DNA from: a virus
Reading direction: 5' to 3' (one strand)
Length of the DNA stretch: 32,852 nucleotides
Virus record (IMG/VR): IMGVR_UViG_3300026549_000024
Made by a program: the position numbers and the translations under genes. The notes beneath the pieces are model-generated. The model made no database searches, was not told the origin of the DNA, and saw only the letters and a list, made by a program, of their open reading frames with translations. Of the stretch, positions 6,868-14,831 are shown in pieces. Numbering within the stretch: position 1 is the first letter of the stretch; every line of letters starts with the position of its first letter.

Positions 6868-7148
6868 AGAAGAATCAGAAATTCGATATCCCGGAAGATT
6901 CACAGGCGTATGTCGTCGCGAATCTTCCGGAAGGGAAGCAGGACGCGATCGTCGTCTTCAAAGGGAACACGCGGAAGCTGATAACGCTTTACGCGTTCGC
7001 CGGGGCAAAGATCGCGGAACGTCTGAAGGCGGACGGGTTCACAGATATTCAGATCCGGGATGCGCTGATCGGGACGTTTACGACGGCGATCGACACGGCC
7101 CTGAAGGGGCAGGAAGGGAAGAAGGGATCAAACCATGAAGAAAGCTGA
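6864..7148 (+). CDS. Hypothetical early protein
   Basis: 94-aa ORF with a 4-nt overlap with the upstream gene (ATGA). Confidence 0.6.
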   Translation: MKKNQKFDIPEDSQAYVVANLPEGKQDAIVVFKGNTRKLITLYAFAGAKIAERLKADGFTDIQIRDALIGTFTTAIDTALKGQEGKKGSNHEES

Positions 7149-7395
7149 TATCAGGCTTCGGGATTTCCTGACATTGATCGGCCCGAATACGGTTGTCAGG
7201 ATAATCGACGACACGATTCCGGCGAAGTCGAAGAAGGAAGAAGAACAGGCCGAAGAACAGACCATCAGAAAGGGAATCGCAGTCAGGATCTTCAAAGAAC
7301 TTGAAGCAGACGACGGAACCATGATCAAGCACATTTCGCCGAACGTCGAATTTGACACTTTAGGCCGGTACGTTGTGCGAATCTATGTTTATTAG
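7135..7395 (+). CDS. Hypothetical early protein
   Basis: 86-aa ORF preceded by gggatcaaaccATG. Confidence 0.6.
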   Translation: MKKADIRLRDFLTLIGPNTVVRIIDDTIPAKSKKEEEQAEEQTIRKGIAVRIFKELEADDGTMIKHISPNVEFDTLGRYVVRIYVY

Positions 7396-7420
7396 GACAA
7401 AGAAAAGAAAGGCGGGGAAT

Positions 7421-7717
7421 GTGAAACTTTTTGAATTATTGCGCGTTATTCCTTCATCGGCGCGAATGCGGATTTTAGACAAGCGCGGCGAAGAAGTGTT
7501 CCGCGGATATCGCGGGAATCTGGACGAAAGGCAGATCAAGCTTCTTCCATTTGGTTATACAGACGCGGAAGTCAGAAGATTCGTCTTCAGTACGGACATA
7601 TACGCGAAGGATTACGAAAAGCGCGGTTTAATGCCGCCGATCGATCCGGAAGCGGTTCCAGATTACAGCTTTTCAGATCTGAATTTGATTATCTACTACG
7701 AAATAACAATCAGTTAG
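7421..7717 (+). CDS. Hypothetical early protein
   Basis: Start placed at GTG 7421 because of the upstream motif aaaggcggggaatGTG and the upstream gene's stop at 7393-7395. Confidence 0.55.
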   Translation: MKLFELLRVIPSSARMRILDKRGEEVFRGYRGNLDERQIKLLPFGYTDAEVRRFVFSTDIYAKDYEKRGLMPPIDPEAVPDYSFSDLNLIIYYEITIS

Positions 7718-7736
7718 CAGGGGCGGAAAGGACGGA

Positions 7737-8108
7737 ATGAAGACCGAACCGACATTCGCGACAAAGCGGGATCTTTTCAGGCTTATGAATTGGGAACTTG
7801 AAGATCTGGAAGAACAGGAATCTTCAGAAGATGAATTCAGAAGCGACGACGCGGCAGCGGGCGCGTTATTAGACGCCGTTCGATGCATCAGGAATAAGAC
7901 AAACGATATCGAAGGCGACGCCGTTGAATATTACGTCAAGCAGATATCAGGGACGGATCCGGAATATCTTCACGCGGTTCTGACAGACAATTACAGACAG
8001 GCATCAGAACTTGCGGCATTGTCGGTTCGATTCATGGCATTAACGCGCCGGGCGATCGTCCGTATATACGGAGACATTGACGCGCCCGGAACAGAACGGG
8101 GGCAGTAA
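7737..8108 (+). CDS. Hypothetical early protein
   Basis: 123-aa ORF with RBS ggaaaggacggaATG. Confidence 0.6.
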   Translation: MKTEPTFATKRDLFRLMNWELEDLEEQESSEDEFRSDDAAAGALLDAVRCIRNKTNDIEGDAVEYYVKQISGTDPEYLHAVLTDNYRQASELAALSVRFMALTRRAIVRIYGDIDAPGTERGQ

Positions 8109-8461
8109 TGGAAGAATTAAAAGAAAACCTGAAAGCGGAACTTCTGAAAATAGGAATCCGCAACGAATCAGATCTTCAGGAAGCGATCCGGAATCTGCCG
8201 CCGCTGAATCTTTCCGTAATGACAAATAAAGCGGTAACGGAAGGGAATATAAATGGACGCGAACGGAAACAAGATCTTTGCGGTCGATTTCGACGGGACG
8301 CTTTCGTTCGGGAAGTGGCCGGAAACAGGGAAACCGAACCGGGATCTTTTCGATTATCTGATTCAGCAGAATACGGAAGGGGCGCGGATAATCCTTTTCA
8401 CGTGCCGGACACGGGATCGCCTGACGGAAGCAGTCGAATATTGCAGGAAATACGGCCTTGA
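8108..8461 (+). CDS. Hypothetical protein; only the first ~48 codons look protein-like, the rest overlaps the next gene
   Basis: ATG overlaps the previous stop (TAATG). The N-terminal part MEELKENLKAELLKIGIRNESDLQEAIRNL looks helical. After 8253 the frame is Arg/Gly-rich and overlaps the HAD-like gene by 209 nt. Confidence 0.35.
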   Translation: MEELKENLKAELLKIGIRNESDLQEAIRNLPPLNLSVMTNKAVTEGNINGRERKQDLCGRFRRDAFVREVAGNRETEPGSFRLSDSAEYGRGADNPFHVPDTGSPDGSSRILQEIRP

Positions 8462-8633
8462 ATTCGACGCCGTGAACGAAAACCTTCCGGAACTTATTGA
8501 ATTATACGGGGAAGACACGAGAAAGATCGAAGCAGACGTTTATATCGACGATAAAGCGGTCAATCCGGTCGCGGGAAATTATTCAGCCGCGCCGAATCAA
8601 TATTTCATAGAAAGGAAAGGAATCAAACCATGA
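8253..8633 (+). CDS. HAD-superfamily-like phosphatase/nucleotidase
   Basis: 126 aa. N-terminal DxDGT motif (FAVDFDGTL), then FTCR and YIDDKA segments consistent with HAD motifs II-IV. Confidence 0.65.
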   Translation: MDANGNKIFAVDFDGTLSFGKWPETGKPNRDLFDYLIQQNTEGARIILFTCRTRDRLTEAVEYCRKYGLEFDAVNENLPELIELYGEDTRKIEADVYIDDKAVNPVAGNYSAAPNQYFIERKGIKP

Positions 8634-8959
8634 TGAAATTTTTAAGCAGCAGAAGGGAACATCAGAAACAGCTTCACGAAACATTCAAGCAGATCGAGCA
8701 GATCGGAACCGCCGCAACGGTTCAGGACGCCGATTTATTGACGGGCTACATCATCGGGCAGATCGAATTGAAGGTCAAAACGGGGCGCCTGACGCATAAG
8801 CAGGGAGACGCACTGGAAGACATGACGTTCGCGATTAACGAAGAAGTTCGGCAGCAGATCGAAGACGACGAAAAGGACAGCGAAGAAGCAGCGGATCCGG
8901 AATCAGATCTTCCGGAAGTGGAATATTTCCCGCAATATGCCGGCGCATTCAGGGAATAA
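8630..8959 (+). CDS. Hypothetical early protein (acidic C-terminus)
   Basis: 109-aa ORF preceded by ggaatcaaaccATG. Confidence 0.6.
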   Translation: MMKFLSSRREHQKQLHETFKQIEQIGTAATVQDADLLTGYIIGQIELKVKTGRLTHKQGDALEDMTFAINEEVRQQIEDDEKDSEEAADPESDLPEVEYFPQYAGAFRE

Positions 8960-9040
8960 AAAGACGCCGCGCAAGGCGGGGAGCCAAAACGCGGCGTCAT
9001 GGAATCAAACCTTTTTCAGTATAGCAGAAAGGTGGGGAAT

Positions 9041-9301
9041 ATGCAAAAGGAAGACGAAACGGCGGCGCTGATAATTGCCGAAACGGAAGGCTTGATCGCT
9101 GCCATCCTTCACTTGAAGAATGAGAACGAAGAACTTCGGGAACGGATAAAGCGGCAGGATCGGGGATATGAACATATCTTCAACGCGGTCGTTCAGTGGG
9201 AAAGAGTTTATGACGCCCTGCCGTCGTATGTGAAGAACGCGTTCAAGCTGACGGAAAGGATTGTTGAACAGGAATGCAAAGCAGAAGAAAAGGAAAGCTG
9301 A
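9041..9301 (+). CDS. Hypothetical early protein
   Basis: Start moved to ATG 9041 (motif aaaggtggggaatATG). Helical, charged sequence. Confidence 0.55.
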   Translation: MQKEDETAALIIAETEGLIAAILHLKNENEELRERIKRQDRGYEHIFNAVVQWERVYDALPSYVKNAFKLTERIVEQECKAEEKES

Positions 9302-9459
9302 AGACGGCAGCGGCAGCGGCCGCGATCATTGCGTTCTTCGCGTTGTGGATATACGGGGCGATCCTTGACAGGCGTTCCGCGGATCACAGCGAATGGAATT
9401 CACTGACGGAAGAAGAAAGGAATGAAGCACTTTATCAGCGCTATATTCGGGGATTTTAG
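9274..9459 (+). CDS. Small membrane protein (one predicted TM helix)
   Basis: 61 aa. Hydrophobic stretch AAAAAAIIAFFALWIYGAIL. Overlaps the upstream gene end. Confidence 0.4.
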   Translation: MQSRRKGKLKTAAAAAAIIAFFALWIYGAILDRRSADHSEWNSLTEEERNEALYQRYIRGF

Positions 9460-9470
9460 AACAGACGTTC

Positions 9471-9507
9471 GGGCGGCGTTCCTTCTTAATATATAGGAAG
9501 CCGCCCT
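9471..9507 (+). other. GC-stem / AT-loop hairpin upstream of the Rep gene (candidate nick-site origin or terminator)
   Basis: gggcggc(g)ttcct - tcttaatatat - aggaagccgccc. 12 bp of stem with one bulge and an 11-nt AT-rich loop. No T-tract follows. Confidence 0.4.
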
Positions 9508-9576
9508 GATCCGGCCTTGTAATGGATATTAACGTTTGTTCCTTACCCGAAAGATAGGTTTTCAAAGGCGGGGAAT

Positions 9577-10449
9577 ATGAACAGATTATTCGATGATTAT
9601 GATTTTGAAGAAGCATATCAGAAGCAGATCGAAAATCTGGAACAGTGGGAGATCGAAAGGATCCTGAAGAAGAAAGCTGGGGTTCTGTATCAGACGAAGA
9701 CAACGAAGGCCGGGGAACAGTTAGAGGTCGATATATATCCGGCATTCAGGACGAAGGCGGAAGCGCCACGAATAGAAAGAAGGAACAGCAGCAGACCGGC
9801 ACAAAAGAACCTGAACGACAGAAGGGCGAAGCGATATCTGAACAATCTGATCAATGCGAACTTCGGGAAGGGCGATCTTTGGTGTACGTTCACGTATGAC
9901 GACGAACACGTTCCAGAATCAGAGGAAGCAGCGGGGAAGTGTTTCAGGAACTTCATTCGGCGGATCAACCGACGCCGGGCGAAGAAAGGGAAAGAAAACG
10001 TTAGGTATATATGCGTGACGGAATACGTCAGCGTGGAGGGGGAACCGGTTCGCGCACATCATCACGTGATCATGGAAGGGGACGAAGACCGGGACGGGCT
10101 TGAAGAATTATGGAAGTACGGAAGTAGAAATCAGACGCGCCGGATCAGCCCGGATCCCGATACGAATATAACGGGAATTGCACACTATATCACGAAGCAG
10201 GCGAAGGATCCGAAACGTCGAAAAGGGTCGAAGCGTTGGACGTGTTCGAAGAACCTGAAGAAGCCGACGATCACGAAATCATATTCAAAGTTCGGGAAGC
10301 GGACGGCGGCACGTATGGCAACGGATCGGGCGTATCTGAAAGAACGAATCGTGAAAGCTTATCCGGGATATAGGTATATAGACGCGGAAGCACGGACAAA
10401 TGATATCAACGGCGGGTTTTATATTTACGCCCGCATGGTCAGGGATTAG
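9577..10449 (+). CDS. HUH-superfamily rolling-circle replication initiator (Rep)
   Basis: 290 aa. Motif-1-like WCTFTYDD, HUH motif RAHHHVIMEG, Tyr motif GIAHYITKQAK. Confidence 0.7.
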   Translation: MNRLFDDYDFEEAYQKQIENLEQWEIERILKKKAGVLYQTKTTKAGEQLEVDIYPAFRTKAEAPRIERRNSSRPAQKNLNDRRAKRYLNNLINANFGKGDLWCTFTYDDEHVPESEEAAGKCFRNFIRRINRRRAKKGKENVRYICVTEYVSVEGEPVRAHHHVIMEGDEDRDGLEELWKYGSRNQTRRISPDPDTNITGIAHYITKQAKDPKRRKGSKRWTCSKNLKKPTITKSYSKFGKRTAARMATDRAYLKERIVKAYPGYRYIDAEARTNDINGGFYIYARMVRD

Positions 10450-10457
10450 GGGGATGA

Positions 10458-10952
10458 ATGAAAGTGTCGAACATGAAAGCAGGAGAAGCGGCGGAACAGA
10501 TCAAGCTTTTCCGTTGGGCCGCAATGAATGAAGAATTCGTTCCAGAACTTCGCCTTCTGTATCACGTCCCGAATGAAGGGAAGCGAAGCGCGGCAGCAGG
10601 CGCACGAATGAAGGCGGAAGGATTGAAGGCGGGCGTTCCGGATATATGCCTTCCGGTTTCCCGGCATGGGTACGGCGCTTTATACATCGAACTGAAGTAC
10701 GGTCAGAACAGGCCGACGAAGGCACAAAAGGAAATGATCGCGGCGCTTCAGACAGCGGGAAACAAAGCGGTCATTGCATACGGGGCAGAACAGGCCCGCG
10801 AAATCATACGGCATTATTTGGAAAGGGCGGAAGGGTTCGATCTTGTGAATTGCGAAGAAGCGCCGAAGATCTTCGACAGGTGCGAAGGATTTCCGGATCA
10901 TCCGGCCGCGCCATGCCGTGAATGCAAATACTATCAACGCACAGCGGAATAA
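10458..10952 (+). CDS. VRR-NUC domain nuclease
   Basis: 164 aa. QIKLFRWA...LLYHVPNEG...GVPDICLP...ALYIELK...Q matches the PD-(D/E)xK VRR-NUC pattern. Confidence 0.8.
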   Translation: MKVSNMKAGEAAEQIKLFRWAAMNEEFVPELRLLYHVPNEGKRSAAAGARMKAEGLKAGVPDICLPVSRHGYGALYIELKYGQNRPTKAQKEMIAALQTAGNKAVIAYGAEQAREIIRHYLERAEGFDLVNCEEAPKIFDRCEGFPDHPAAPCRECKYYQRTAE

Positions 10953-10975
10953 TCCGCGGAAAGGAATCAAACATT

Positions 10976-11680
10976 ATGCTGACATTGCCGATTAAAAGAA
11001 AATGGTTAGACATGATCGTGTCCGGGGAGAAACGGGAAGAATACCGCGAAATAACGGATTACTGGACAAAGCGGTTTGTCAATCTGTTAGGGGAATCAGA
11101 GGATCACGCGAACGTTATCCTTCAGAATCTTCGGGATCACAGGATTGACAAGGAATGCGAAGTTCTACTTCAGAACGGTTACAATCCGGACGGAAGCCCG
11201 CAGGCGGTCGCGGTTGTCACAATATCAATCGGCGGGGGGCGCGAAGATTGGGGAGCGACACCGGGCGTCGATTACTTCGTTCTGAAGATCAAACGTATCA
11301 CCGAAACGAAGAACATGAACAAGGATTCGGAGCCGGACGAACTTGAAAAGATTGAAGGTGAAGTCCTGGAACCTGAAACGGCTCCGGGGAACCCGAACGC
11401 GCCTGCCGTCAGGAAAATGATTCAGTATTGGGGAATATGCAAATATTGCCATCAGGAAAGGCTCGTTGAAATCCCGGAAGGCGCGACGCCGGAACAGGCG
11501 AACGAGCAGGCAACAGAAGAATGCGATTGCGACGAAGCGATCCGGCAGCGGGAAAGAAAGCTGAGAATGCAGGCCGCGGGCGAATGGGCGAAGAATGTAT
11601 TCAGCAAAGAAACGAATCAGCTTCAGGTTGTTCTTGGTTGTTCTTTGCGCGATCCGTGCGACATTCGAAGGAAGTATTGA
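10976..11680 (+). CDS. ASCH-domain protein with Cys-containing C-terminal extension
   Basis: Start at ATG 10976 (aggaatcaaacattATG). The N-terminus LPIKRKWLDMIVSGEKREEYREITDYW is the typical phage ASCH opening. Confidence 0.6.
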   Translation: MLTLPIKRKWLDMIVSGEKREEYREITDYWTKRFVNLLGESEDHANVILQNLRDHRIDKECEVLLQNGYNPDGSPQAVAVVTISIGGGREDWGATPGVDYFVLKIKRITETKNMNKDSEPDELEKIEGEVLEPETAPGNPNAPAVRKMIQYWGICKYCHQERLVEIPEGATPEQANEQATEECDCDEAIRQRERKLRMQAAGEWAKNVFSKETNQLQVVLGCSLRDPCDIRRKY

Positions 11681-11814
11681 TTATGTGACATTGAAGATCG
11701 GGAAACATACATACAAGGTCGACACGGATTCGGACGGCATGATCCGGATCCGGACAACGTACAGAGAATCAGACGAAGAAACATTCTGACGGCAGAAATA
11801 GAAGGCAAACGCGG

Positions 11815-12207
11815 ATGAAGAAGTTCGGCATGAACTATGACGAAAAACAAATCGTTTACGCCGTGGTTCGCATGGACAGGAAGAACAAAGAAAAGGGAAC
11901 CGGCAGAACGGCGGGCTTCTGGAAGCGCGGATCGGAAGCGATCCGGAAAGCTGAAGAAGATATCGACGTCGGTTACGCTTCACCCGAAATCAGAAAAGAG
12001 ATCGTCGAAAAGCTTTATCAATCAATAGCATTCACGCAGCCATGGGAACTATTAGGCGAAACGTATTGTTCCCGCGGGACGTTCTATTCGTACCGGAAAA
12101 AGTTCTGTTTCCTGATTGCCGACAACATGGGAATGATAGACGCGAAGCGTCGGGGCAGCAGAACAGGAAAGGAAGCAGCGGGGAAGAATGGCAAAAGAAT
12201 TCAGTGA
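11815..12207 (+). CDS. Possible late-gene transcriptional regulator (RinA/ArpU-like by position)
   Basis: 130-aa ORF immediately upstream of the HNH and terminase genes. The C-terminal segment CSRGTFYSYRKKFCFLIADNMG resembles the HTH tail of such regulators. The functional call is weak. Confidence 0.4.
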   Translation: MKKFGMNYDEKQIVYAVVRMDRKNKEKGTGRTAGFWKRGSEAIRKAEEDIDVGYASPEIRKEIVEKLYQSIAFTQPWELLGETYCSRGTFYSYRKKFCFLIADNMGMIDAKRRGSRTGKEAAGKNGKRIQ

Positions 12208-12511
12208 TTGGTTCTATCACACGGAAGCGTGGCAGAATACACGCGCCGCATTCATCCGGGCGAAGGGCGGTTATTGTGAAAGGTGTATGAAGGAATTCAG
12301 GGAGGGGAAGCGAAGTCTTCAGGACGTTCAGCCGATCAAGATTGTTCATCACAAAATATATTTGACGCCTGACAACATAAAGGATCCGGGAATCTGTTTG
12401 TCCTTCGGTAACCTTGAAGGATTATGCGAAGATCATCACAACAAAGAACACAAATCAAAAACAAAAAGATATTTTTTTGATAAAGACGGAAGACCGCTTC
12501 CGAAAGAATGA
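12188..12511 (+). CDS. HNH endonuclease (packaging-associated)
   Basis: 107 aa. CERC...VHHK...NLEGLCEDHHNKEH. Lies adjacent to the terminase genes. Confidence 0.8.
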   Translation: MAKEFSDWFYHTEAWQNTRAAFIRAKGGYCERCMKEFREGKRSLQDVQPIKIVHHKIYLTPDNIKDPGICLSFGNLEGLCEDHHNKEHKSKTKRYFFDKDGRPLPKE

Positions 12512-12636
12512 TTATTTTCCTGAAGCACCCGCCCCGGGGTGCGCTTCGGGGACCGGCGTAAAGAACCGAGGGAGCAACTTCCGAAAAACGCTGCAATAGT
12601 CGCGTATATATGGGGGATAGGAGAATCTACGAATAA
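12512..12636. other. Candidate cos / packaging-recognition region
   Basis: Noncoding gap between the HNH and small-terminase genes. Contains a GC-rich hairpin gcaccc-gccccg-gggtgc and the palindrome ccccgggg. Position only; no ends are visible in a circular sequence. Confidence 0.25.
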
Positions 12637-13005
12637 ATGGCAGAAAAAAATGACGAAATACTGACAGAAGCAGCGATAAAGAAAGAGACAAACCAGATCC
12701 GCCGGATGTTCAGACCGATCAAGGAAGAAGATCCGGACAAGTGGAAGCTGATCGAAAAGATAATCGAAGAAGTCGCCTTTCAGAAGGTTGCAATGAAGGC
12801 GGCAAAAGAAGAACTGATCCTTCACGGCCTTCAGACGACGACGAAGAATGCTTCACAGAAGTTCGTGAAGGAAAATCCGGCGGTTCAGACATACGACAAA
12901 TACGTCAGGTCATACACGGCGAACATGAAAACGCTGATCGATATGCTGCCGCCGAAAGAAAAGAAGAACGTGTCAAGGCTTGCAATGTTACGGGGAGAGG
13001 ACTGA
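12637..13005 (+). CDS. Terminase small subunit (P27-family-like)
   Basis: 122 aa directly upstream of the large terminase. Layout LHGLQTTTKN...KENPAVQTYDKYVRSY...L is typical of P27-type TerS. Confidence 0.65.
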   Translation: MAEKNDEILTEAAIKKETNQIRRMFRPIKEEDPDKWKLIEKIIEEVAFQKVAMKAAKEELILHGLQTTTKNASQKFVKENPAVQTYDKYVRSYTANMKTLIDMLPPKEKKNVSRLAMLRGED

Positions 13006-13011
13006 TCGTTT

Positions 13012-14730
13012 GTGTATACGCCTGCCGCGCCGGTCAATACCGACAATTATGTTTTTGAATATTACGACGCGATCAGAAGCGGGAAGATTACCGCGGGAAA
13101 GTACGTCAAGGCGATATATAAGATCCTGACGGACGGGATCAGAAGCGGGAAGCATGTCTTCAATAGGCAGAAGGCAGACAAAGCGATCAAGTTCATTGAA
13201 AACTTCTGTCACCATAGCGAAGGCCGTTCGGATCTTCTGAAGCTTGAACTATGGCAAAAGGCAGCGGTCAGCGCGATCTTCGGAATTATGGACAGGAAGG
13301 ATCCGAAGATCCGACAGTTCCGGGAAGTCGTGCTGATTGTCGCACGGAAGAACGGGAAGACATTATTCAGCGCCGCGATAATGGCATATATGGCATATAT
13401 CGACGGGGAGTACGGCGCGAAGCTTTACTGTTTGGCGCCGAAGTTGGATCAGGCCGAATTGTGTTTCGACGCCTTTTATCAAATCGTTCAATCCGATCCG
13501 GAACTAAACGAAGTAACACAGAAACGCCGAACGGATATCTATATCAAAGAATTCAATACTTCCGTGAAGAAGATCGCATTCAACAGCAAGAAATCAGACG
13601 GCTTCAATCCGCATTTTGTTTTGAACGATGAGATCGAAGCATGGCCGGGCGATTCCGGCTTGAAACAGTATGAAGTCATGACGTCGGCGATCGGCAGCAG
13701 GCGAGAACCGATCATCATGTCGACAGGAACGGCCGGTTATTTGAATGACGGTCTATATGACGAACTGATCCGGCGGTCGACGGCGTTCCTGAAGGGGCAG
13801 CAGACAGGGAAAGAGCAGGAACAGCGCCTTCTTCCGCTTCTGTACATCATCGACGATCCGGAAAAGTGGGACACGCGGGAAGAATTGCAGAAATCGAATC
13901 CGAACCTTGACGTTTCCGTGAAGTGGGATTTCTACGTTGACCGGATCGCGGTCGCACATGAAAGCCTTTCAGCAAAGGCGGAGTTCCTGACGAAATACTG
14001 CAACGTGAAACAGAACAGTTCGGTCGCGTGGTTGGATTATCAGGACATTGAAAAGGCCGTCACGTACGACGAAGACGGGGCCGCGCATCATTGGACGCTT
14101 GAAGACTTCCGCGGTTGTTTTTGCGTCGGCGGGATCGATCTTTCCAGAACGACAGACTTGACGGCGGCGGCGATCGTGATCGAACGGGGCGGGAAGAATT
14201 ATATCTTCGTTCAATTCTTCATGCCGCGAAAGCGATACGAAGAAGCAATCGACGAAGAATCGGTTCCGTACAATCTGTACGAAGAAAAAGGATTCCTGAC
14301 AATCAGCGGGGAAAACAACGTCGATTATCACGACGTCTATAATTGGTTTTTCATGCTTGTGAAGCAGTACAAGATCCGGCCGTTGTGGGTCGGTTATGAC
14401 AGATATTCGGCACAATATCTTGTTCAGGACATGAAGGAAATTGGATTTCACATGGACGACGTATATCAGGGGACGAACCTGACGCCGATTCTTCACGCTT
14501 TTGAAGGGGAACTGAAAGACGGAAAGTTTGAAATCGGCGACAACGGCCTTCTTGAATCGCATTTCCTGAACGTCGCGGTCGATATCAATATCAACGACAG
14601 CAGAATGAAGCCTGTGAAGATCGATCGCCGGGCGCATATCGACGGCGCGGTCGCCGTATTCGACGCGCTGACGGTCAAATCAAAATATCACGAAGAAATA
14701 GGGCGGCAGCTTCAGAACATAGGCAAATAA
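13012..14730 (+). CDS. Terminase large subunit
   Basis: 572 aa with GTG start. Walker A-like ARKNGKT, Walker B/catalytic LNDEIEAW, and a C-terminal RNaseH-like nuclease region with GGIDLS and AVAVFDAL. Confidence 0.9.
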   Translation: MYTPAAPVNTDNYVFEYYDAIRSGKITAGKYVKAIYKILTDGIRSGKHVFNRQKADKAIKFIENFCHHSEGRSDLLKLELWQKAAVSAIFGIMDRKDPKIRQFREVVLIVARKNGKTLFSAAIMAYMAYIDGEYGAKLYCLAPKLDQAELCFDAFYQIVQSDPELNEVTQKRRTDIYIKEFNTSVKKIAFNSKKSDGFNPHFVLNDEIEAWPGDSGLKQYEVMTSAIGSRREPIIMSTGTAGYLNDGLYDELIRRSTAFLKGQQTGKEQEQRLLPLLYIIDDPEKWDTREELQKSNPNLDVSVKWDFYVDRIAVAHESLSAKAEFLTKYCNVKQNSSVAWLDYQDIEKAVTYDEDGAAHHWTLEDFRGCFCVGGIDLSRTTDLTAAAIVIERGGKNYIFVQFFMPRKRYEEAIDEESVPYNLYEEKGFLTISGENNVDYHDVYNWFFMLVKQYKIRPLWVGYDRYSAQYLVQDMKEIGFHMDDVYQGTNLTPILHAFEGELKDGKFEIGDNGLLESHFLNVAVDININDSRMKPVKIDRRAHIDGAVAVFDALTVKSKYHEEIGRQLQNIGK

Positions 14731-14831
14731 GGCCGGAAAGAATATTCAGACAATATTGTCATTCCGTCGCGGTTTCTTTTTGCATAATGGGGAAGGATAG
14801 GAAATTTTGAAGAAAGGGGGCAGCGCGTCAC

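Noticed and set aside
9326-9745. 139-aa minus-strand ORF spanning the hairpin region and the Rep start
   Set aside because: It is antisense to two plus-strand genes in a strictly plus-strand operon. It is Ser/Pro-rich with no initiation signal.
13969-14637. 222-aa ORF antisense to the large terminase gene
   Set aside because: It lies entirely inside a well-supported terminase CDS on the other strand. It is Arg/Val/Phe-rich with no start context, which is typical of shadow ORFs.
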